In this document: in pieces, positions 18,084-25,983 of the stretch
Position numbering within the stretch: the stretch's first letter is position 1
Layout of the letters: every line of letters starts with the position of its first letter
Origin: a virus
Taxonomy: Duplodnaviria; Caudoviricetes
Direction: 5' to 3' (one strand)
DNA length: 27,202 nt
IMG/VR virus record: IMGVR_UViG_3300006738_000062
Span: 1-27,202 of that record
The notes under the pieces: generated by a model
The model's input: only the letters and a program-made list of their open reading frames with translations
Databases searched by the model: none
What the model was told of the DNA's origin: nothing
Program-made: the position numbers and the translations under genes

Positions 18084-19349
18084 ATGGCTTTTGGAGATAA
18101 AAACCTCATACCAGTTATAAGTGGAGATGAGATAGCAGATGCTGGCAAATATGGCCTATTAGGGGCTGCTGGAGTCTACGGTGCAGTTCATGGCACAAGG
18201 TATTCTGGACTTCCACAGCTAATAGCCCCATTAGCATCTCGCACAAGTACTATAATAGAAGGATTTTATGACAAAGGTGCTAATAAACGTGGATTGTTTA
18301 TGCATCATGTTCGTAAAAACTGGAAAGATGAGATGGACAAATTCATTAAAAGGTTTCCTGGCCATTTTCCAAAGGACATGCCAATTGATAAAAAATACAA
18401 TCTTGTTAAAAAGTTTATGTCCCAGGAAGGTCTCAAAACTCCTGCTGAATTGGTACATGCTTCAGAGGCTTACAAGATTGAACAAAGATGGAATGCTGGA
18501 CTAATTGATGAACCTTACGGAAGAGGAGCTGCTTTAAGAAAATTGAGGCATGAAAAACTAAAAACTGAAATGGTTAATTATACAATGGGTAGAAAATATA
18601 ATAAAAGAGTATTAAGAGAATCTGGTCTTTCATCTCCTGTACAAACGGATATAAAGAATATCTTTAAGGGGAGAGAGTCTGTTGGTGCTCAATGGGGTTT
18701 ACATGGAGATGTTAAGGCTAGTGTTAGCCATATTAGGAATATAGGTGCTGATAAAGCTATGATAATAAAGTCAGCAACAAAAGACCATATGTTTAAAATG
18801 GCCGAGTCCGTTGTGAACTCTGGAGTTGATTTGAGGAATAGAGCTGCTGTTGAAAAGATTGCAGCAGACAGACTAGGGATGATGGGTACAGAATTAAGAG
18901 GTGTTAACAAACTACACCCACAGGTTGAGTCTATTAGGAATGAGTTAAAAAGATTTATGCAAAACTATAAAGTTGGCCCTAATGGTGAGTTGTTAATTAA
19001 TTTTTCACCTGGATATAAGCCCCATTATCTCTCTGGTGGTGTTAATGCTGATGTTAAAGTTTGGAAAAGCAGATATGGCAAACTACATCGTGATATATTA
19101 ATAAGCGATAGATATGATGTCCTTGGAAAAGGGACAGGAGCTCTCCAGAAACGTGTCCATTTTAATATAGCTCACAGTACGACTGCAGGAAAGTCTATGA
19201 AAGCCGAAGACTTTGCAAGAATAGGAAGAAGGAAGAGGCTTGTAAAGTCATTAAGTCTGAAGGAATACGGGAAAGCTAGTAAGCATAGTAAAGAATTATT
19301 AAAGAAACTTGCATTTAAAATAGGAAGAAAAGCTCTTTTTAGGATGTAA
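18084..19349 (+). CDS. Hypothetical basic protein, 421 aa, possibly virion-associated
   Basis: Long ORF with an N-terminal glycine-rich hydrophobic segment (GLLGAAGVYGAV) and Lys/Arg-rich remainder. No recognised catalytic motif. Confidence 0.7.
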   Translation: MAFGDKNLIPVISGDEIADAGKYGLLGAAGVYGAVHGTRYSGLPQLIAPLASRTSTIIEGFYDKGANKRGLFMHHVRKNWKDEMDKFIKRFPGHFPKDMPIDKKYNLVKKFMSQEGLKTPAELVHASEAYKIEQRWNAGLIDEPYGRGAALRKLRHEKLKTEMVNYTMGRKYNKRVLRESGLSSPVQTDIKNIFKGRESVGAQWGLHGDVKASVSHIRNIGADKAMIIKSATKDHMFKMAESVVNSGVDLRNRAAVEKIAADRLGMMGTELRGVNKLHPQVESIRNELKRFMQNYKVGPNGELLINFSPGYKPHYLSGGVNADVKVWKSRYGKLHRDILISDRYDVLGKGTGALQKRVHFNIAHSTTAGKSMKAEDFARIGRRKRLVKSLSLKEYGKASKHSKELLKKLAFKIGRKALFRM

Positions 19350-19358
19350 ATTATAGCT

Positions 19359-19544
19359 ATGGATAACGACTCCCTTATAATCCTTCAGCCAAAAGTAAGA
19401 ATTGAAACTCCTATTGGAGCAATTGAGGCTGATACGGGAAACTCTTTCCTTGATGGGATTTTAGTACTTGGAATTGTTTTAGTTATATATATATGTCAAT
19501 ATTTAGCCAGAAAGTCTTACAGGAAACCAACGCAGCATTTTTAA
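19359..19544 (+). CDS. Small single-pass membrane protein, 61 aa
   Basis: Hydrophobic stretch GILVLGIVLVIYICQYLA followed by basic RKSYRK. The stop overlaps the next start (TAATG). Confidence 0.6.
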   Translation: MDNDSLIILQPKVRIETPIGAIEADTGNSFLDGILVLGIVLVIYICQYLARKSYRKPTQHF

Positions 19545-19783
19545 TGGCTGTTAACTATCTTGATGAATCTCTATGTACTCAGTGTGCAGCTTGTTGTTAT
19601 AATCCTGAAACTGGGGAAAAGTGTAAGTACCTTATGAAAAATAATAAATGTTTTATCTATAAGACCAGGGACAAATTGAGACCATGGCATTGTTGCTATG
19701 CCTATGAAATTCCACTTGGCTATGTTAATGTTCCTAAACAATGTGGCTATAGAGAAGAGAATATCAAGAAAATCGCCACTTAA
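19544..19783 (+). CDS. CxxCxxCC (YkgJ-like) zinc/iron-chelating cysteine cluster protein, 79 aa
   Basis: CTQCAACC...CKYL..NNKCFIYKTR pattern. The ATG at 19544 (TAATG coupling) is preferred over the listed start at 19493. Confidence 0.7.
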   Translation: MAVNYLDESLCTQCAACCYNPETGEKCKYLMKNNKCFIYKTRDKLRPWHCCYAYEIPLGYVNVPKQCGYREENIKKIAT

Positions 19784-19796
19784 GTAATTGTTATAT

Positions 19797-19827
19797 AAAA
19801 AAAAACGCTCCCGATTTCTCAGGAGCG
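19797..19827 (-). terminator. Rho-independent terminator of the leftward operon
   Basis: On the - strand CGCUCCUGA-GAAA-UCGGGAGCG (9-bp stem with one G-U pair, GNRA loop) is followed by 9 U. It sits at the convergence point of the two gene blocks. Confidence 0.9.
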
Positions 19828-20085
19828 CCGCCTCAAAGGGGATTTAAGGCTATTGGGACTAACGATATAGTCGAAATACTCACATGTATCAACCATATCT
19901 AGACAAAGTTTCCCAACTTTCGTTTCTTCAATTCTTATGCCAACCCTGACTTTACGTCCAGGTTTCCCCTTTACTCTCATTTCAACACCAAGGCACTTCC
20001 CATTACTATAATTAGCACAGTTTTTATGAGCTACCTTTTCCTTTTCCCTAGTAGTCTTCATAATCTGCCTCGTAATTATAGTCAA
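19819..20085 (-). CDS. Small cysteine-containing protein resembling Cys-rich VLP-type domains (start may be the ATG at 20061)
   Basis: CANY...KC...C...CEYFDYIVSP four-Cys pattern. Last gene before the terminator. Confidence 0.55.
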   Translation of the reverse strand: MTIITRQIMKTTREKEKVAHKNCANYSNGKCLGVEMRVKGKPGRKVRVGIRIEETKVGKLCLDMVDTCEYFDYIVSPNSLKSPLRRRS

Positions 20086-20272
20086 ATGCGTCTTTTAGAT
20101 AATCGAATGCCTTAGTTATTTCGTCTTCATAGTCTTCTTCTATTGTTTGTCCACCAACTCTTTCAAAGACTTCGAAATCTTCTCGTAGTATTTTACGGAC
20201 ATTTTGGGATATACGTTGTTCGTAAATCTCTGAGGGCTTGTATTCTGATGTATAACTGCTGTATCTATTCAT
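20048..20272 (-). CDS. Acidic Tyr-rich hypothetical protein, 74 aa
   Basis: ATG preceded by GAGG. Very D/E/Y-rich C-half. Confidence 0.65.
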   Translation of the reverse strand: MNRYSSYTSEYKPSEIYEQRISQNVRKILREDFEVFERVGGQTIEEDYEDEITKAFDYLKDAFDYNYEADYEDY

Positions 20273-20364
20273 ATTAACGGAGACCTCACTTGCCTATTTC
20301 TGTCATTATTTATCCAACCACGAACAACCATAACGTACTTAGCCTGCTAAATCCCCGTTAATAT
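20271..20364 (-). promoter_or_regulatory. Long-range RNA stem occluding the RBS/start of the 74-aa gene
   Basis: On the - strand AUAUUAACGGGGAUUU (20364-20349) pairs with AGGUCUCCGUUAAUAU (20286-20271): 16 bp with three G-U pairs, covering most of GAGG and the AU of the AUG. Confidence 0.55.
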
Positions 20365-20378
20365 ACGTCTAAACTAAG

Positions 20379-20624
20379 TCATGGACTTATGCCTTTAATC
20401 TTTTCGATGTATTCTTTTTTGGGGTCTATCTTTTTATCTATAGCTGCTTTATGTCTTTCGTTCTTTATTCGTTGTTGCATTTTATTCAATTCTTTATATA
20501 ATTGAGTTTCCAATTTTGTTACTTTGTTCCCTCCTAGCGCTCCAAAGTGTGTTTCAATCATATTATTTAAACATATAAGTTCTGCTTCTGTGAACTTGAT
20601 AGTAATCGTACATATATCATCCAT
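20379..20624 (-). CDS. Hypothetical protein, 81 aa
   Basis: TAATG coupling to the HNH gene. Coiled-coil-like C-half. Confidence 0.65.
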   Translation of the reverse strand: MDDICTITIKFTEAELICLNNMIETHFGALGGNKVTKLETQLYKELNKMQQRIKNERHKAAIDKKIDPKKEYIEKIKGISP

Positions 20625-21061
20625 TAATAGCGGCCTCCTTTAGCCAGCTTTCTCATTATATAGTTTCTTATCTCTTCTTTCTGTTTAGAAACCCAGTCAA
20701 TTATATTGCAATAATCCTCTTCATTAAGTGGTCCCTTACGTGTATTACATGTTTTACAAATAAGCTGAAGATTTGACCTTACTGATGGGCCTCCTTTATT
20801 TAAGGGAACAATGTGGTCGCAAGCAATATTGCGGAATGTAAGCTGCTTATTACAGTAGTGACATTCTTTACCGTACACCTTTAAGAACATCTTCTTGATT
20901 TCATCAAGTGTGATGTTAAATTCCACTTCATTTTCTTGCGACCTTTTCTTGAGACTAGATTTTAAAGCTGACATCTTTCTGGAAAGTTTGGAATACACCT
21001 TTTTCCAAAAATTGCCGTGTAGCTCTTTCAATACAGGCTCAAATTGTTCCCTGGTTGACAC
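20624..21061 (-). CDS. HNH endonuclease
   Basis: CHYC...DHIVPLNKGG...NLQLICKTCNTRKG is a canonical zinc-finger HNH motif. Confidence 0.9.
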   Translation of the reverse strand: MSTREQFEPVLKELHGNFWKKVYSKLSRKMSALKSSLKKRSQENEVEFNITLDEIKKMFLKVYGKECHYCNKQLTFRNIACDHIVPLNKGGPSVRSNLQLICKTCNTRKGPLNEEDYCNIIDWVSKQKEEIRNYIMRKLAKGGRY

Positions 21062-21282
21062 TATTTATCTTTTTTCCATTCCTTTGTGTCTGGGACAAAA
21101 CCCTCTTCCCATCTTAAATGACTTGCTTTGGCTAATTCTCTTATCTTCTCATTTGCCTCATAATATTCTTCTCTGAGGTCATTAACTTGTTTGCTTAGAG
21201 AATATATATGCGAATTAGCATTGGGTTTATAGGATTTCTTTTTCCGTTTCTTTCTCCAGAATGGATAAAATAGGCTTTTCAT
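21061..21282 (-). CDS. Hypothetical protein, 73 aa
   Basis: ATGA and TAGTG overlaps with both neighbours. Basic N-terminus and coiled coil. Confidence 0.65.
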   Translation of the reverse strand: MKSLFYPFWRKKRKKKSYKPNANSHIYSLSKQVNDLREEYYEANEKIRELAKASHLRWEEGFVPDTKEWKKDK

Positions 21283-21512
21283 GACTGTATCATCTCATAT
21301 TCTGCGAAAGTAGTTCTTCCACGGTTAACTCTGGTTGTTTTGATATTGCTGCCCTTCTTCTTTAATAAGTGGATAATAGCAGCAAGTCGCATACAACCAA
21401 ACTGGTCTAGAGCCATTCTAGGGTTAATCCGTCCTCCGTTTTGTAACATCCGAAGAATAGATTTCTCCTGCGACTCTTGTCTTATTGGGTTAGCTCCTCT
21501 TGTTCTGTTCAT
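21279..21512 (-). CDS. Winged helix-turn-helix DNA-binding protein (HTH_39-like)
   Basis: SQEKSILRMLQNGGRINPRMALDQFGCMRLAAIIHLLKKKGSNIKT...AEY matches the common phage wHTH pattern (Q..IL..L..G..IT..EA...G..RLAARI..L...G..I.T). Confidence 0.8.
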   Translation of the reverse strand: MNRTRGANPIRQESQEKSILRMLQNGGRINPRMALDQFGCMRLAAIIHLLKKKGSNIKTTRVNRGRTTFAEYEMIQS

Positions 21513-21681
21513 GTTCTGCTGTTCCTAGTTGTAATGTTACGGTGAACTTCCATATATTAACTGTTACCTGGAAGTAATCACCATGTTTATCTATCTCATA
21601 CATCCCGCCGATTCCGAATATAAATAGAAAAAATATCTGGAATCCATATTTCCAAAGATGTATCTTTAAAAGACGTGTCAT
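21490..21681 (-). CDS. Small hydrophobic hypothetical protein, 63 aa
   Basis: ATGA overlap with the primase-helicase stop. Fills the gap in the operon. Confidence 0.55.
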   Translation of the reverse strand: MTRLLKIHLWKYGFQIFFLFIFGIGGMYEIDKHGDYFQVTVNIWKFTVTLQLGTAEHEQNKRS

Positions 21682-23498
21682 TTTACCATCCTTATTCTAT
21701 TAGTTTCCTGCGATTCTCTGATAATTGCATCTGCTCGCATTAACCTAAAGTTAGGTTGCCATTCAAGTTCAACATCAAACAGTTCACCATCAGTATTCTT
21801 GAATAATTCAACTTTTCTGTCTTTTCTTTTCGCGTTACCTGATATACCAAGCACTTTTCTGGAAGCATTTTCAATAGCTCCTGAGCCTTTGCCTGCATAT
21901 AGGTCGAGTACCTCATCTCTTGAGTAGGTACGGCTTGTTTGGGAAAGTTGGATAATTATCAAATCCATATTCACAGCAAGGCTTGCTAATGAATGGCTTA
22001 TGTATCTGATACTCTCATACTCTCCGCGTATGTGTTTAGGGGGTTCTACCAAGTCAATATAGTCTACTACTACGCACCTTGGCTGCACACTTCTGACCAT
22101 CTCTTTTATCTTCTCTACTGTGGGGGAGACAGTCTGTACTACAATGTGACTCACATCATCTTTATGGAATTTATATATCTCCTTAAAGTTTGTTTCTATT
22201 TGTTTCTTCTTCATACCGCTTACTATCTGAAGATGTCGCTTATGAGTGTACCAGTCCGTTAGTTCCAGCGATAAATATAAAGTTGGGATTTGCAGTTCCT
22301 TCCGAATGATGTCGTTCTTAGCATCGTATCCGAGCACAATATTTTGAGCTAGTGTTGTCTTGTTAGCTCCGGTTGGTCCGAATATTGTTACCAATTCACC
22401 CGGATAGACAGTAAGGTCTTTATCGGATATCCCAAATAATTCATCAAACCTAATACATCTTCCTTCATAATTAGCCGTCATCCTCTCTTCAAGCGACTTC
22501 TGCATTTCATCACTTGTTTTAACCTCAGTAAGATAATCCTTATGTTTATAATAGACACATCTTGGTTGACAATATTCATGTAATAGAAAATCATTGCAGC
22601 CATATCTATAGCCTCTATTATAAGTATCTTCTACTTTTTGCAGGACTACATTCTCATCAAGGTTATCATTGTTCCAATGCATTAAAGCTGTTTTAGCTAC
22701 TTCCGATGGGAATCCATGTCTAAGGAAATGAGATGCCATTCTTAGCAAACCGTTGTTTCTTGTCCCTGGTAAGGGACCATCGTTATATATCTTTTGTATG
22801 CATGGCACAATGTTCTTTGGTTCAAATGTCGATTCTAACTCACGTATTTGAGGTACATGAGTAGTGACCGAACCTGAAAGTTCCCCGTCACCTGTTAAAA
22901 CTGGGTAATCGAAGTCGAACCTTCGTTTTTCTGCTAAGTTCTTAATATAATCAGGGGTTTGATTAAATAGCTCCTTAGCAGTCAATGGTACCTTATAGAA
23001 GCCCCTTTTATCATTAAGGGTATGCTCTACCCTATAAAGAGCAGTTCTGGAGTATACGGAGCAATCTATGTCCTTAAGGATGCCTTTCATAGTTTCTTTA
23101 AGAATATAAGGTAAATTCTTAGTAGGTTTAAACTGAAAGACTTCATTTGAGATTGCTAAATGATACCCAGTACCGCTAAAATATGGCTGTATACTGCAAT
23201 CCTGTACATTTAGTTCATATAAATCAAGCATAGCACCCTGTGCAATTTGCTGGGTATGACTATCTGAGTTCTGACCTTTATCTATGTCTACTATAACCTG
23301 GTCAATTCCGCGAACCCCTTGAAAGTCCTTTAAGCTTCTGCTTATTTCTATATAATCCTTTGCATCATCATAATACAGGTAAGTGCTTCTATATATGGGT
23401 TTATCCTTACCATCAGTTACCAGAATATCTGGCAAATCCTCCGCCTTAATAAGAAGCCCCCGTTTCCGAGGGCTCCCTATTGCAACTTCAATATACAC
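21678..23498 (-). CDS. AEP-family primase fused to a Cys-containing primase C-terminal domain and an SF4 (DnaB-like) helicase, 606 aa
   Basis: AEP motifs IVDID and YFSGTGYH, then GTRNN..LRMASH PriCT/PriL-like helices with four Cys. Helicase motifs GPTGANKT, LSLE, VVVDYID, LSQ and KGSGAIEN follow. Confidence 0.85.
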   Translation of the reverse strand: MYIEVAIGSPRKRGLLIKAEDLPDILVTDGKDKPIYRSTYLYYDDAKDYIEISRSLKDFQGVRGIDQVIVDIDKGQNSDSHTQQIAQGAMLDLYELNVQDCSIQPYFSGTGYHLAISNEVFQFKPTKNLPYILKETMKGILKDIDCSVYSRTALYRVEHTLNDKRGFYKVPLTAKELFNQTPDYIKNLAEKRRFDFDYPVLTGDGELSGSVTTHVPQIRELESTFEPKNIVPCIQKIYNDGPLPGTRNNGLLRMASHFLRHGFPSEVAKTALMHWNNDNLDENVVLQKVEDTYNRGYRYGCNDFLLHEYCQPRCVYYKHKDYLTEVKTSDEMQKSLEERMTANYEGRCIRFDELFGISDKDLTVYPGELVTIFGPTGANKTTLAQNIVLGYDAKNDIIRKELQIPTLYLSLELTDWYTHKRHLQIVSGMKKKQIETNFKEIYKFHKDDVSHIVVQTVSPTVEKIKEMVRSVQPRCVVVDYIDLVEPPKHIRGEYESIRYISHSLASLAVNMDLIIIQLSQTSRTYSRDEVLDLYAGKGSGAIENASRKVLGISGNAKRKDRKVELFKNTDGELFDVELEWQPNFRLMRADAIIRESQETNRIRMVK

Positions 23499-24089
23499 TT
23501 AGAATGGTGTAGAGGCCACAGGCTCTGAAGATATTGTTTCCCCATCTTCTATATGTTCTTTTATATAGCCTTTTGACTTCATGAACTTAATGTAACTCTT
23601 TAAGTCCTCCTGATTTTTGTTCGTATTCTGAACAATTTTAGGACACACTTCAGTGTATGCTTTATTATCTTTAGGATTTAACCTTTTATATACATAGACA
23701 TAAAATGGACTTGAATTACCATCTAAAGCATCTTTCGATACATAATTTTGATTAAGGTATTTACCCAAATCACCTATTGCTGTACCGTTTTCATCTTCCC
23801 ATATACCTTCTTTATTAGGCCCGCCTTTAAATCCAATAGCATCAAGGAGATAATATATCCGCTTTAATAAGCTAGAATCTTTTATCTCTCCACTATCTTC
23901 TCTATCATAAGTCCCTTTAAGAGCATAGTTTACAGGATATTGACTTGTTGTTTTTAATGTTACGTCAAGAAATAAATCAGCCCAATCAAATTCTGCACTT
24001 CTATCTTCATATGCGATTATTTGAGCTGGTTGAAATCCTAACCAACTTGCTGCTCCGCTTTTTGCTGCTTCTGGTCTATACCGTGCCAT
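23499..24089 (-). CDS. Putative single-stranded DNA-binding protein, 196 aa
   Basis: Strong RBS (AGGAGG). Lies between the annealing protein and the primase-helicase, and has an acidic flexible tail ending in PF like SSB C-termini. Confidence 0.55.
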   Translation of the reverse strand: MARYRPEAAKSGAASWLGFQPAQIIAYEDRSAEFDWADLFLDVTLKTTSQYPVNYALKGTYDREDSGEIKDSSLLKRIYYLLDAIGFKGGPNKEGIWEDENGTAIGDLGKYLNQNYVSKDALDGNSSPFYVYVYKRLNPKDNKAYTEVCPKIVQNTNKNQEDLKSYIKFMKSKGYIKEHIEDGETISSEPVASTPF

Positions 24090-24100
24090 TAGACACCTCC

Positions 24101-24469
24101 TTATTTAGAATCGTACTTTTGCTGATTAACAGCGTTCGCGACTTCATCTGCAGAAGCAAATGATTCCTCGGCACCATAACCAGCCATTGCTAAACAACGA
24201 CCTACAGCCGAAGTTTCGCAATTCTCTAAAGCACTTGTTTTGTTAATCTGTGTACTTCCCTGCACTTCATGTGCATGACCTGTAAAAAATGTCTCAGGAA
24301 GTTCCTGGGGGTCGGGATAGCAAGTTGCCTTAACTATCCAGTGGCCATCTTTATAGTCCACTATCTTTGTTTTTATGCATCCACGAGGATTTGTATTATA
24401 GAAAAGGACAACTCTATCCTTAACCATAACATAGTTTTTACCGTGGATACTAACTGTTGGAACTGTCAT
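24101..24469 (-). CDS. Rad52/Sak-like single-strand annealing protein, 122 aa
   Basis: IHGKNYVMVKDRV...TGHAHE...INKTSALENCETSAVGRCLAMAGYG matches the widespread phage Rad52-fold SSAP pattern (ETSAxGRAL). Confidence 0.7.
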   Translation of the reverse strand: MTVPTVSIHGKNYVMVKDRVVLFYNTNPRGCIKTKIVDYKDGHWIVKATCYPDPQELPETFFTGHAHEVQGSTQINKTSALENCETSAVGRCLAMAGYGAEESFASADEVANAVNQQKYDSK

Positions 24470-25160
24470 TAGTACCTCTTTGTTTTATTAGATGTTCTGT
24501 TTTCCGTGTGAAGGGCATTAGCCCTATCCAAGTATACGCATAATACGGCTTATTTGCAAGAACATTAAACACCTGGTTAACACCAAATCCCGCCACAATG
24601 CTTGAGGTGAAGATTGTGTGTTTCATTGTACACGGAGCATCTTCAATCTCTGCACTCGGCAGCCAAGTTTCATCAAAGAAATCATGTTCTTTGGTTACTA
24701 CAATAATTTCCATTGCTAAAGCATCCATCCTTAGGTCAATAAGAAAGCCTCTGTCTCTTTGGTTTACCCATTTGTCATATACATCTCGCCTAACCTCCAT
24801 ATTGTCTGGACATATAATCATATTCTTAAAGACACCGTCCCTATAGGTCCATCTTCGTTCTTCACAAATTCCGACAGATAGACAGGCATACTCTTCCATG
24901 AGCTTTTGTGCTGCAAAAGCCTTACTTTTACCAATATATTTATGTGGGTAAATACATGTTGATAAATTATGTTCTTCAAGTATGTCATCATCATATCCAA
25001 GAATAGAGTCAAAGCCCATTATAGCAAGTAAGGAGACAACGGTTGAACCGATGCCTCCCAAACCTATTACTGTAACATCATCAAGCTTTTCCTGGGGAAT
25101 TAAATCCTTATTTCTAAGAAATCTAGTATCCGTATTCGATTGCTGCGTCTGTGCTTGCAT
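24450..25160 (-). CDS. E1-like ThiF/MoeB-family adenylyltransferase, 236 aa
   Basis: N-terminal RF.R, Rossmann VTVIGLGGIGS, YDDD.LEEHNL, IGKSKA, PDNMEVR and IDLRM, plus a candidate catalytic Cys in DAPCT (C177, 24630-24632). Confidence 0.9.
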   Translation of the reverse strand: MQAQTQQSNTDTRFLRNKDLIPQEKLDDVTVIGLGGIGSTVVSLLAIMGFDSILGYDDDILEEHNLSTCIYPHKYIGKSKAFAAQKLMEEYACLSVGICEERRWTYRDGVFKNMIICPDNMEVRRDVYDKWVNQRDRGFLIDLRMDALAMEIIVVTKEHDFFDETWLPSAEIEDAPCTMKHTIFTSSIVAGFGVNQVFNVLANKPYYAYTWIGLMPFTRKTEHLIKQRGTNDSSNS

Positions 25161-25983
25161 GTCTAGCCTCCCTTATAAAGTCCCATACATCTGGGATGCC
25201 AATCTTTTCAAGATTAACCTGAAGCTCTATATATCTCATTTTACCATTACAATACTCTTCATAGAAGTCAAATGCTTTATCTGAATTCTTTTTCGTGAGC
25301 TTTTTGTATGTAGGAGTCTGGAGAACCTTCTTTCTCGCATCCATTCCAATTTCAAATTCTCCCTTATCGTTCTGGTTAAAGAGATTGCTTTGTCCCTGGT
25401 ATCCACCCCAACCGTTATAACCATTGTATCCAGTATACTTAGTAGTGACAACAGAAGTGGTATTAGCCGTTTCTAGTCCTTTAGCTATGTCAACCCATTC
25501 TTTCTTACCACGGGCTCTTGGTGATTTGATTTTATCTTCATCAATTTCATAATATGAAGCCCTGCCATATTGGTCTTTATAGCTAAAACCAAAGGCAAAG
25601 TGTGCTTTACCACTAGTAGCTACAATAAGACTAGGATAGAATCCTTTCATTGGAGCCATTTCACATAATGTATCTGTGTCAGTTCCACTGAAGAATGCTC
25701 CCATGGTATGATGGCTATGGATTAAACCCATATAACATTTCTTTAAAGTGCTATTCCTGAGTTTCTTCTTTAGTATCTTAGCTAAATCGTCAGCTTCCCA
25801 CTCTGTAGATGAATGTCCACCAAGGTCAAGAGGGTGGAAATCTTCTAATGTAAATTCTACAGGGAATCCTGCTTTGTCAGCTTTGAGGCTGTACCACGCT
25901 GGGCCGCTCCACTCCTTGTCCGGGAACTTCTTCAGAAAATAGTTCAGCTTGGAGAGCGTCTCCTCTAAGAGTTGCAATTTCAT
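25123..25983 (-). CDS. JAB/MPN+ (JAMM) metalloprotease, deubiquitinase-like, 286 aa
   Basis: EWSG near the N-terminus and GLIHSHHTMGAFFSGTD give a complete E...HxH-x7-S-x2-D JAMM motif. Confidence 0.9.
   Translation of the reverse strand: MKLQLLEETLSKLNYFLKKFPDKEWSGPAWYSLKADKAGFPVEFTLEDFHPLDLGGHSSTEWEADDLAKILKKKLRNSTLKKCYMGLIHSHHTMGAFFSGTDTDTLCEMAPMKGFYPSLIVATSGKAHFAFGFSYKDQYGRASYYEIDEDKIKSPRARGKKEWVDIAKGLETANTTSVVTTKYTGYNGYNGWGGYQGQSNLFNQNDKGEFEIGMDARKKVLQTPTYKKLTKKNSDKAFDFYEEYCNGKMRYIELQVNLEKIGIPDVWDFIREARHASTDAAIEYGY

Noticed and set aside
838-18910. Numerous short - strand and alternate-frame ORFs inside the large + strand genes (e.g. 8371-8892, 9460-9849, 15208-15537)
   Set aside because: They are shadow ORFs of long coding genes with no motifs, RBS or operon logic.
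19359-19544. Holin call for the small membrane protein
   Set aside because: No endolysin or spanin is nearby, and a single TM alone is insufficient.
20624-21061. HNH as an intron or intein-associated mobile element
   Set aside because: It is coupled to both neighbours by overlapping start/stop codons and does not interrupt a gene.
19819-24469. Search for the ubiquitin-like modifier among small downstream ORFs, including the HNH protein ending KGGRY
   Set aside because: None looks like a beta-grasp protein or ends in GG. The HNH GG is at the end of a helix in a recognisable nuclease. The Ubl, if any, probably lies beyond 27202 or is host-derived.
24450-25160. ThiF as a thiamine/molybdopterin biosynthesis auxiliary gene
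   Set aside because: No ThiS/ThiG/MoaE neighbours in the window and no CxxC zinc pairs. The JAB and E2-like neighbours favour protein conjugation.
20895-25942. Short + strand and alternate-frame ORFs within the leftward operon
   Set aside because: They are antisense or out-of-frame shadows of well-supported genes.
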